NCBI GenBank assembly: GCA_964035545.1
Contig: OZ037768.1
Span: 14,331,675-14,395,674 of the forward strand
DNA: 64,000 nt
Direction: 5' to 3'
Source of the DNA: Bugula neritina
Taxonomy: Eukaryota > Animalia > Bryozoa
Position numbers and translations under genes: made by a program. Below are positions 1 through 11,492 of the stretch, one piece after another. Below the pieces are notes generated by a model that did no database searches, was not told where the DNA came from, and saw nothing but the letters and a program-made list of their open reading frames with translations. Numbering within the stretch: position 1 is the first letter of the stretch; each line of letters opens with the position of its first letter.

Positions 1-700
1 CATCTCATTGACTGCATTAACTCTCTGCTGACACCATGACTAATTATCATAAGCTATTTCTAGATTCTACTTACAGAGCCCCGCCATATCAAGAGGCCAA
101 ACCATTTTTTACACTTTTCAACTCTAGTAATTACTGGCTACAAGCAGTGCTGGTGATAGCTGTCTTCCTAATATTAAACATGATGCCATTTATGAGAGAT
201 GCAGCGCATATGGCAGGAGGTCACTCATGCCCTAGTTTATTTGGAATGCTAAAGGACGCTTTAGTTTGCAAAGAAGAAGTACATGACATCATCAATCAAA
301 CTCCTGAAGAATACAAAGAAGATGGTGATTCAAGTAGTGATGAAGAATCTGAGGCATCAGTTAGTTTCAAACGGCAGCACAGAACAGTGAGACAAGCAAG
401 AGTCCCACAATGCCCTCAATCACTTTCACAAGACATGGGCAAACAAAGAGTTGCAACCAACAGCAAACTTAACAAAAAACAAACTAATTTCAGTAAAAAC
501 AATAATAGCAAAACAGCATCTACACGCTCTGGAGCCTGTGGTAGACAAAACAGACTACACAACTCTCAATATTGAACACTGTAACTCTTCGTTACTCCGG
601 CAATGTAATGCTCTATATCATGTCTCACTTAAAAGAATAGCCTGTGAAATAAATACACATACATCATTATTATTGCAACTAAATTAAACGCTTAGCTCAC

Positions 701-2798
701 TTCATTTGTGGGGGCCATTCAGACATCTGAGCTGCTTTGAGTTTTGCAGTTGCTGCAGCACTTGATGTATCTTGTGTGGCAGTGTATTGGTGGGAAGGTG
801 GCTGGGGTGTTTGCTGAGTTGTAGGCAGGGATGTTGTAGTGACATCTGAGCTTGTGTTACTTTGATATATAGTTTGTGTGACACTCTCCTTTTTAATCTG
901 ATCTGTGGCACTAAATTTAAAGTGATAAGTAAAGCTACAAACAGCATGTATAAGTTGACACATGCCGTGAATTGACCAACAAGGCTGCAGGGTAAGCAAG
1001 GGGGGGACTAATCCACAGATAGCATCTTTCAGAACTACAATAATAGAGAGATGAAAATTTGAACATAACTGGAAACATGTGAATATATGCTAAAATATGC
1101 TATAATTGTTAGAACTCATTTCAATATGTCATGAATATTGCTAATAAGGAGATATAATGGCATGTGCTATTGTTTGCCAGGGACAGCAGAACTGTGCTGT
1201 TAACAGCTACCCAGAAAAAGAGTTGACATGTCGAAGGAGCCGCAGCACAATAAGGAGAAAGAGAAACTAATCCCAATTCAACAGCTATGAAGTATCAAAT
1301 GAATTGTGTCTAATAAACATGTTGTGAAGACTACCGATGGTGAATGAGGTTCACCATCTAGAAGAGTTCTGCTCCATCTCGTGACTCCATAAACATATTG
1401 CACGTTACTTATAATCTGAACCTATCTTTTTTTAAACAATTAGATAAGAGCATGATAGCTTGAAAGATCTTAATTTTCATAATGTGCTAAAACTTTATTT
1501 GCTTAATAAAACACAAGAATTTTCATACAACTTATGAGTATATTATAAACCACTTACTTGAAGCAAATTAATGTTAAAAACGTCATAATATGAATAGTAA
1601 AAAGAAGACAACAGTAAATAATGTCCCATAAGACACATTTGAGCCAAGTTTGGAATTCAGATTTAAGATAACTGCTTCATAAACAAAGCTCTGAACTGAT
1701 TATAATCAAATTTTTTCCACACAATTTTGTGAACTAACACATCAAGTAAAGGTAGAAAAAGTAACGAGCAGCTATACCTGTCGGTGGTGGGAGGTGGGGG
1801 AGGAGGAGCTGATGATGCCACTGATGACCAGGACTTTGAAAATACGTGTCTAGCCGGTTGTGACTTGGTGGGTGGACGATATCGAGGCTGGCTGTTTTGA
1901 AATCTATTTTGGTTATTTAAAGTGAACCGGACACCTTTGAAATAAATCTTTCACATTATAACAGTTCTTTGCTGACATTGGCTTTAAATTAGGGTAAATT
2001 AATATAGATAAAATTCTAATGAACAAAGCGCTTAAAGGAACTTAAAAATAGACACAGTCAAACATACCAGCAAGTGGGTTGAATTGGCCAGGAAATGGAG
2101 GTGGTTTTCTATAGCTTTGCATTTGAGACTGCAATGGAGCTCCATACGAGCCGTACTGAGATGTTGTCGGTGGTGGGTAACTGAAACTAAAATACAACCA
2201 ACAGGGTGAGGTCTTGATCACTCCTATCAAGATGGGTTGGATAATAAACAACAAGACTTCCTCTACTTTCTCAAGGCACCTAACCCTGGGCATTAGTTCT
2301 GACAATGTGTTAGAAGAACACCAAACCTGGTAAATTGCGAGGATGGATATTGCCACAACTGTTGATTGGATAACTGTTGAGGCATGTGTGGGTTGGATGT
2401 GAAGAATGGTTGTGCATTACTGCTAGCGGGAGCAGCAGAAGAAGATGTTGAAGTGTTTGTTACTTGACTAGCTGCTAGTGCAGCTTGAGCAATTTGCCAA
2501 GCATCCGCTTTACTACTGAAATAAAAGGTAAAATTCAACATAGCATAAAATATCTCAATTGGAAATGAGACATTCTGAAACAGTAGCTATGAAGGGATTC
2601 ATTTCATCAGCAATGAACCCTGGATAACTTGATTTGCCTGAGCCAGCGAGATATGCTGTGGCAAATTCCAAAATAGACAACTATTTTAATTAAACTGCAG
2701 CAAACTCCAACGATGATAACACAATTGGAGCAACTAGCCATACTTATAAAAACTTACCCAACAGATTTATCCAAACCATCCATTGAATCCACAGACAT
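701..2798 (-). CDS. LENG8: LENG8 (leukocyte receptor cluster member 8, SAC3/GANP family) - 5' coding exons; gene continues beyond the left edge
   Basis: GT-AG, phase-consistent exons 2798-2758, 2515-2327, 2180-2068, 1934-1778, 910-701 give MSVDSMDGLDKSVGSKADAWQIAQAALAASQ...GVRFTLN...SEWPPQMK. WxxAxxAL, GxxFxL and EWPxxMK resemble recalled LENG8 motifs (WEKARQAL, GLKFNI, DWPQDMK). An acceptor at 2861 upstream of the ATG implies a non-coding first exon further right. Confidence 0.75.
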
Positions 2799-3000
2799 TT
2801 CTCAAATTAACCATTGAACAAGCAATATCGCGTGGTTATGGATTTACCTTTTGTATCAGGCCTAATAATCAAAATAGAAACACTAGTAAAATATGGAATA
2901 TATTACACATTACATCACACAATAAAGTATAAGTTGTTGCAAATAAAACGAGTATAGACTTTGGTGTGTGTGCATGTGTATGTATATATATATATATATA

Positions 3001-3255
3001 GTTTCTATATTTAAAAAAAATGAATCAAAAGAACTCAATATTTCAAAAAATAGAGTATTTATATTTGGTACTGATACAATTTTGGATATAAAATAAACTT
3101 ATATATTCATTTTTCGACTACAATATTGTTTCACGTAGTGCAAGCTACGATCATCAGGTCGTTGCCGTAGCTTGCACTACGTGAAACAATATTGTAGTCG
3201 AAAAATGAATATATAAGTTTATTTTATATCCAAAATTGTATCAGTACCAAATATA
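3001..3255. mobile_element. PLE-type terminal-repeat fragment forming a 90-bp perfect fold-back, flanked by short (TA)n
   Basis: Arms 3060-3149 and 3166-3255 are exact reverse complements with a 16-nt spacer. 3001-3164 is homologous to 21475-21642. Confidence 0.85.
3115..3161 (-). ncRNA. Minimal type I hammerhead ribozyme (PLE type)
   Basis: Minus strand reads cgac-CUGAUGA-u-cguag-cuugca-cuacg-u-GAAAC-AAUAUU-GUA/gucg. Stems I and II form, loop 3 is palindromic, and there is a U-U mismatch at the base of stem II. Confidence 0.8.
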
Positions 3256-3940
3256 TATATATATTAATTTGCATATTCTATACTTTTTGCTGTTTGAAAA
3301 AAATATTTCCTCAATGAGTATTCCTTAAAATTAATATATTACTGTTTTTTGCCCCACGGAAATCCGTGAAAAGTGGACTATTATTCCAAATACTTTATAC
3401 TATTCATACTATCCAGATACTATTATAGCTATTAGTATATCAGTTATCTAGCAATCAAAACAACCATTATATACATCATTACGGTATTAAAATAAAAAAT
3501 ATCTTCTAACTGGAAAGCATCTAAGTGGCATAAAACCAATTCATAATCACAATGATAATGATACTAAAAATTATAATATTATTAATAAATAAATCAGTAT
3601 CAAATTCAAAATCAGGAAATTTAAATTGATGAACTTGAACTTAAAAAAATTAAAGTGATATCAGTACCTATCATTATACATAACGATGATTCATATTCAT
3701 CTTGAATGATATTGATATTTTATTTAATTCAGTGAACATAAATATAATAACATAAGCTAAAACATTACCATCGTCAACACAAATATCATAGTGATAATCA
3801 TGATCATTTTTAATTATTGATTATCAATAAATATAATGATTATCACATTAGAATATGAACATCAATATGAATAACTTAGTAGTTAGTATTGCAATATGGC
3901 ATACCATTGAATTATATCAAAATGAATATCGTTATAATTA

Positions 3941-4399
3941 TGGTGTCATCCCAGTTAGACGCTAGGCTAAATTTCTCAGTTAGACGCTATTTTTTATTTT
4001 GGTGCAATGACATATAGTAACATACCTATATAAATGTTGTATTGATTACTAAATAGCTATAGCTTATAATATCTATAATAGCTTATATAAATCATCTGGG
4101 ATAATATTCCAATTTTAATGGGAATGTGTATTGAAAAAAAGCAGTAACACATTAATAATAGATACGATCATTAATGAATACTTATTAACAAAATATCTTT
4201 TCAAACAACAAGAAGTATATAGAAAATGCAAAATTAATAAGTCAATGCAGATCAAAGGAATTTATTTACGTGCTAAATAACAAGCAATTGATCTAATTTT
4301 ATTTAAATATGCATACATTTCAATAATATTCAAATAAATTGCACATAGAATATATATTGTACCAAAATAAATAAATAGCGTCTAACTGGGATGACACCA
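3941..4399. mobile_element. MITE with TGGTGTCATCCCAGTTAGACGCTA terminal inverted repeats
   Basis: TIRs at both ends; 6-bp direct flank TAATTA at 3935-3940 and 4400-4405; second copy at 8518-9023. Confidence 0.85.
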
Positions 4400-4409
4400 T
4401 AATTATCAG

Positions 4410-6030
4410 ACTAATACCTATGGACAATGATTATACTTATAGTTATAGTATTAGTTATACTTCATCTTATACTTAGAGCTAATCTTAATGTTATAACAAT
4501 AATTTTAACAGTTAAATTTAGTACCTTAGTAGTAATACTAGCAATACTAATCAGTAATGAGTAATGTAATATTCATAGTGAGTACTATACTTTTATCCAT
4601 ACGAATTATCATGATAGTCATAGTTGTTCACTTTTAGTCATACTCATACCGATACTGAGTATGGTAGTCATGCTGATACTCAGCGATATTATGACAATTA
4701 TTCATATTGACGTTTAATCTTATAATTATACTAATAGTAATACTGGTAGTGATGCTCACTCATTATACTTATTACCTATAACTGACTGAGTGAGTATCAC
4801 TATAAAGAACAAAGATTAACTTTAAGTATAACACATTAACTCCAAATTAAACTTAATGTCTTTATCTTATACTTATAGGAACAGTCAGTTATACTTATAG
4901 TTATTAACTTTGAGTTATAAACTTATATTTAATCTTATATGCTTATAGTATTAGTGAATACTTAAAGTTAATAGTAATACAAATACTAATAGCAATAATT
5001 ATTACTAATAGTAATATTAATACTAACAGTAATACTAATACTTAAGTAATACTAATACTCAGTATTAGTAATACTAATACTAATATTAATAGTCAGGTTA
5101 TACTTATAGTATAAGTATTAGTAATACCAATAATATCAGTATTATTATTACTATTAGTAGGCCTATTAGTAATGTATGCTGTTAATGCTGTAGTTATACA
5201 GTATCATGTATGAGTATGAGTATACTACATTACTTAGTGTGTTTGGAGCCGCTTGATCTAAGGAGGAAAAACCGACGCATCAGCCTTCTCCTAAAAATAT
5301 TGTCTAAGGAAGAACTACATCCAACTCTGAGTGCTGCCTATGATGATTTTCTAGATCAGCGGACCACAAGCACTGTACAGACTCGGTCTCAGGTTGCAAG
5401 ATTTCCCAGATCAGTGAGAGTGAACAAGAATAGGTATCTTTACAGTTTTCTCCCAAGAACAATAAGAGATATGAGGATCAGCACTGATCACACACAGACA
5501 GGCTAGTTAGCCTGTTAAGTTAATCTGCACAAGAATGTTAACACTTTTTAGATTACTGTCCAAGTACTGACAACTTAGTTTTTTATATGAGGCACATCCC
5601 TTCTTCCCTCTAGGGAGGTCCAGTGTGAAAATAACATCGACAGGTATCGACAGGTATCGACAAGTCTTATAGTTATACTTTAAGTTTATACTTTATAATA
5701 ATAATTATACTTATAGTTATAGTGATAGACATACTCATAGTGATATTCGGATAGTGACTCACAGTGACACTGACAGTAACTAACACTCAGTCTGAGTGTC
5801 ACAGTCACTGACCATCACGATGAGTGTGAGCATGACCACGAGTATCACAACCAGTGAATCACTATCAGTGAGTATCTGTATCAGTATGAGTTAGGCCTAG
5901 GAGTAGGATATCACTATCAGTATGAGTATCAGTGAAGTGAGAATCACTATGACTATGACAGTATCAGTGAAACTGACTATTACTATTAGTATTACTATTA
6001 CTAATAATAATATTAATATACTATGCCACA
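4410..6030. repeat. 3-nt-periodic cryptic low-complexity tract (LENG8 5' intron)
   Basis: Runs such as aat act aat agc aat..., aca gtg aca ctg aca gta... with no exact repeat unit. Interrupted by a LINE at ~5235-5665; similar text at ~3530-3930. Confidence 0.7.
5235..5665 (+). mobile_element. 5'-truncated CR1/L2-group non-LTR retrotransposon 3' end
   Basis: Peptide LEPLDLRRKNRRISLLLKI...TRS...YLYSFLPRTIRD is typical of CR1/L2 ORF2 C-termini. It is followed by a 3' UTR ending in a short tandem tail (atcgacaggt)x3. Confidence 0.75.
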
Positions 6031-6049
6031 TCATATTCGTTATATAATT

Positions 6050-6800
6050 ATATGGTCAGCTACGGCAGTTACCAATCGACGCAAATTATGTAACGCTACG
6101 GCCTTCCTTGCCTACAGTTATAGCTATATAACTGTAATATAAATATAAGCAGCAATTCATCTCGCGTAGTCGGTCTAACTTTGCGAAGCTAACACCATTT
6201 TGGTTTTACTGCATACTATTTGTATTGAGGTTCGTTTTGCTGTCGCAGATCTACGTAGAAAGTCGAAGTCTCGGCATTCAGCAATTTGGTAAGATAACTC
6301 TATTAATTGAAACGCCCTCTTGCATGTCACGGTCTTAGAAAAGATTAATATTTCAGTAAAATTAAAGTTAGTGCTCTAACTCTAACTTGGTTACAACTAT
6401 TCACACTCTGGCGACATTGCATTAGTTCACACAGGTACTAGCTTACTATACAAATTAATAGGCCAAATAGTAAGTTATTGTTATGTTTTTCAGTTTTGGG
6501 TTGATATGCAATCCACAGAGTCTATTTGCTTGCTAGAGAACTTCACCAGAATAAGTCGAGTTAATACGAGTATATTTTACCCACAAGAATACATCACAAA
6601 ACTATACAAATACATTCAGTAAATCTACACACCTATATAATTCAGCACTCTATCTTCGACTAACTAACAGCGGAAAACTAACTACTGCTACTAACTATCA
6701 GTGTCGCTAATTGGCTGTCCATTGTTCTGGGTCAATTACGTGACCCCGTGCTGTATTAGAGGGGGAATTAGTATTTCCCCGTATTACGCTGCTGGTAGCT
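6050..6800. promoter_or_regulatory. Putative LENG8 promoter / first-exon region
   Basis: Locally CpG-richer; ATTGG (CCAAT box) at ~6709 and TACGTGAC at ~6738; candidate minus-strand donor (GTAACT) near 6070. TSS not determinable. Confidence 0.35.
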
Positions 6801-7179
6801 CCACGAGCCACCACATTATTATCAAAATATTATAGTATTATATATAACACAACATAATCAAACATATAGGCAATATAATATAATATGAGTATAATATAAT
6901 ATTTGATTTAAGCATTTTATCCTTGGCAAAATTAACAACTCTAAACCAAAACTTTAAAAATGTCATGTGACAAAATTATGTCCGCCTTTTGCCGAACACA
7001 TTGGAATATTGATATCACTGCGAACTAGAGGGTTTTTAATTATTAAGGAATTTTGTATAAGGCGTGATAGAAAAATATAAATAATTATAGTAAAAATTTA
7101 ATGTTATAAATTTTAGAATAGCCCATTGCATACTGTATGTGAATTTTACTTTTTTTAAGTATGCAACTCAGTTACAATG

Positions 7180-10100
7180 GTTTAGGCCTTAGGGCTTTTA
7201 GTCTAGAAGTAACCTCTAATTATCTTTCACTCATTACACTCAGAGGGGTGGCCACGCAAATTTTTTTAGAAATGGAGAGTTTCAAGGGTCCTAAATAATC
7301 TGTGAAAACTCTAGACTGTTCTGTGCACCCAGTTAGCCACAAAAGCGCTTCAAACTTTTAAAATGAATCAGGAGTTGTCTTCTCTCAACATTTTTTGTGA
7401 ATTGGCTAAATATCTTGGAATTATTAAAGCTAATTTATTTTAAATGAGCAAGATAATTTTGCTGATAATTATAGATACTCTTTTCACTTTTCTGTTATGA
7501 GAGCTTTAAATTTTTCTGTCCTCCCAGCTAGTCACAAAAGCTCATTAAACTTTTACAAGAGTTGTTTCCCCACAACTTTGTCCAAATCTGTCGAGTGTTA
7601 TCTTGAAATTATTGAAACTAGTTTATTATGTATACAAGCAAAAACTTTTGCAGATAATCATACTATATGTATTTTTCACTTCTCTGAGTTTTATTCTAAC
7701 GATTTTCTTCTGAAAACATATGAAAAAAGTGGACTATATGGACGAAAACAAGCAAAGGAATGGGTTTTTTAGTTATAAGGCAAACTTTATTATTGATCAG
7801 AAATCTGTGTCTGAGAATGATTTTCTTCACGATTTTTATTATAATGACTACTTTTACAAAAAAAGTAATGAGAAGCATGAGCAGGTTGGTCTGGACTCTG
7901 GAAGATAATATTTTAAATGTGTACGATTGTGCTTTCCCAATAAATTTAAGCTGAACTATATATACATAAGCAATTTGGTTTTTAAAACAATGCTATTGGT
8001 TAAAATGCATATTTTTATACTATTTTAATATAATGACTCTAGAGTCAATTTAGCTCAGTTAAAGTAACAGAAGAAATACCTTAAAGCTTTCCTATAATTT
8101 AAAATATATATCGTTATATTTAAGCCACCCATTAGAAAGATGATCTTGGGCTGCCTTGTTCAAAGATCATAGGCATGTAGTTTTTTCATGTGTGCCATTT
8201 GTCACAAAAATAATGATTTTTTATTAGCAAATAAAACAAGCTGCTTTTGAGACTGGTGCGTTTTTGTGTGAAACATGGAGTAAAAATACTTTAGAGAATA
8301 ATATTGTTATTATAGTTGTTGCATACCAAAAAAAAATTGCATTCAGTTAGAGTTTTTCAAACAGAACTCAAATGCTTACAATTAGATCACGAGGAAGCAG
8401 GTACACAAAATTTTTTACATGCAGAATTTCTTTTGAACATCATAAGCCCAAGTGAAATAATCATTTGCAAAACATTACCTTCTTACCAATTATGTTTTTT
8501 CACGGGTGTGGTAATCATGGTGTCATCCCAGATGGAGGCTAGGCTAAGTTTTTTACTTAAACGCTAGTTATTTATTTTGGTACCAAAAATTTATTTTTAT
8601 GTGCAATTTATTTTAATATTACTGAAATATATGTATATTTAAATAAACTTGGATCAATGGCTTGCTATTTAGCACGTGCTAAATAGCAAGCAGTTGATCA
8701 AAGAAATTTAATTATGTACATAAATAAATTCCTTTGATCTGCATTAACTTATTAATTTTTATATTTTATACATCTTGCATGTTGTTTGAAAAGATATTTT
8801 GTTAATAAGTATCCGTTAAAGAAAGTGTCTATTACTAATGTATTACTGCTTTTTGTCTCACACAAATTCATAAAAATAATTGAATATTATTCTAGATAAT
8901 TTATGTTAACTACTATAGCTATTAGCCTATTAGCTATTTAGCAATCAATACAACAGTTATATAGGTAATATTAATATATATGGTAACAAAATAAAAATAG
9001 CGTCTATATCTGGGAGGAAACCATAATCATATTAGGTATTTAGATGTCAACATTGCAGCAAATAAATCCGGACCGTAGTTGTGTACAGCACTTATAACTA
9101 TATGATCTCATGCTTTAACAGGTTGTGCTTCGACTATAGTGCTTTTTATGCACAGCCTACTCTCTTTTGAGAAAATATTCAGAATGTATGAGAAGCTTTG
9201 AACACCTTGGGAAGTATTTCAAGCTGCCAGCCATTACAGTGGCTGAAGTAGAACAATTTGTCTATAAACTTTATGGAGCAGGAAATTCAAATATAGATGA
9301 TGTCCGATACATTGTATTTTGTTCACCGTCTAAAATAACTCAATACAGTTTGCCTCCAACAAAAGATGAATTAAATTTGCACCTAAAAAAAATTATCAGG
9401 CAGCCAATTGGAGAAGGGTGATAACAGCCTATATTGATGCACCACCTCCAGAACACCATAGAAGGATTGTTGAGAATCATGGCAGCATAAATATAAAGTG
9501 GATGATTCAAGCTTCGACCCGCACCTGAACATGTATATTGCAAAGTTTAAACTGCTCCTATAAGACCGGCTGTAACACACCAACATGTGCACAGTGCATG
9601 TTAGAAGTCTCAAATGATGTTTGTCAATGTAAGGATTGTCTGAAAAGAAGCGCTATATTGGGGAAGAAGCTGATGAGACTGACGACAGTGACAATGATGG
9701 CGAGAATACTTTTTCATAATAAAGCACTATTTTTAGACATTTGTTATATATTTTGCTGCAACCAATTTGATTTTGATCATTGCTCATACTTCTGTTTCTC
9801 TAAATAATTTTACTGAATCTTGTTTATTTTTGCAGATGTTTAACGGCTACTGACATACTAGCAAACGATTCACCTGGGCTGTGCTCAAAAGATTTCAATA
9901 TTTATTCATTTCAACATCATTTCAACATTTATTTTGTGCTATAATTTTATAAATATAGTTTTTTCACACATCAGCATGATTTTGTTTTTATTTTTGTATA
10001 AATAGCTTGGTCATAGAATTATTCTGCATGCTTATGCTGCATGCAATATGTCGATTCATAGCAAACATATATTATGTTTATATAAACAACTTGGTTTTAA

Positions 10101-10460
10101 TTTGAGATAGTATCTTGAAGTCTTTAAATTCAGTATCAACATAGAATTCTAAGTAAGAGGCAATCATTTTTGGTATTTCAGCAAATATTTTTTCTTCAAG
10201 ATAGCTTGGTAAAATTGGATACTATTTTGCACAATCAACAAATTCTTTTTATCACGCATTCAATTTTTAATTTGTTTTTTTGCAATAACTTTAGTTTGGG
10301 CAGAGATAGAATTCTAGAGTTTGTAGATTCAGAATCAGCACAAAATTCTGATTTAGAAACAACTTCTTTTAAGTGGCCACCTAGTAAAGTGTAATAAGCC
10401 AATTTTTTGAGCATTTTTTGAGAAGTTATTTCTAGACTATTTAGGCTGTAGACCCTCAAG
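7180..10460 (+). mobile_element. Degenerate Academ(X)-like DNA transposon (XPG-like nuclease + Cys-rich finger remnants)
   Basis: Frameshifted fragments HEEAGTQNFLHA (~8390), HALTGC (~9110), EQFVYKLYG...LPPTKDELNLH (9167-9421) and CSYKTGCNTPTC...CQCKDC (9538-9640). Degenerate ~150-bp inverted ends (7180-7335 vs 10290-10460) share tagtctagaa.taac, attacact, gtggccac and aaactctaga. Confidence 0.6.
8518..9023. mobile_element. MITE, second copy of the 3941-4399 family, nested in the Academ-like relic
   Basis: Same TGGTGTCATCCCAG terminus; interior is the reverse complement of copy 1; 6-bp direct flank TAATCA at 8512-8517 and 9024-9029. Confidence 0.8.
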
Positions 10461-10520
10461 TATGTTTTCTCACAGAGATAATTCTCTTGGAGTGTATATT
10501 TCACTACAAATAAAATTAAA

Positions 10521-10676
<156 letters not shown>

Positions 10677-11492
10677 TGTGTTAATCTAATTTTACTGATA
10701 GTAGATTTTTTATCAAAACTTTAAAATGTGGTATGAAATCTGTTGTCTACACTTTATTGAATGTTGTGATCAATCTGGTGGATTATCTGCTAATTTTAAC
10801 ATATTACGGTGTATCTTGCAGTGTATCTACTTTACTACATCAACTATAACAGTATGTTACGGTCGCTTTTCTTCACTACCTGAGAATTATATAAGTTTTA
10901 GCATGTTTGTACTCATGTCCTCTCTGATGACTTTTTGCCCAAAAAACACACTTGTAAATGAACTTCTCACAGCTGACAGCCTTTTCAAAAATCTAGAAAT
11001 TATCATATTTTTTAGTTTCATTCTTTTCCAATTTATGCTATATAACCATTTTAAAAAAGTCGCGTTAAATTTGTTATTATTTTGTGCTTAATTTATGATA
11101 ATCTGCCAGTTGAAATTTTTTTTTTACTTTGTTGAAATTGCTGACATCTTTTATTATGGTTCATCTAAGCTAACTAGATGTTAAATATTCATGATCAATA
11201 TTATTGAGCAACTGGGCCTGATACTATTAGTAAAATATTTCCTTTAACACATTTAAAACCAAATCTAAGGACATAACATAAAAAATTAATAAAACAGTTG
11301 GAATAATTACCAGCGATTAGTTATACAAAAATGTAAGTTATTATTCGTTCGATTAGTTACAAAAATGTAAGTTATTATTCGTTTACAAGTTAAATGATGT
11401 ATTGAACTATCAATAAAGCAAAGTCTTGCTAGTCTAAAAAATATCCTAAATTCTTATAAAAATGCAAAGCCATTGCCAAGAAAAAGTGATAT

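Noticed and set aside
36-575. 179-aa + strand ORF antisense within a LENG8 intron
   Set aside because: No recognisable domain or splice structure; cannot be supported as a gene, though not excluded.
6180-6620. Possible + strand gene divergent from LENG8 (donor ~6289, acceptor ~6493, short ATG ORF)
   Set aside because: Under 40 codons, no recognisable product and no further exons found; at most a non-coding transcript.
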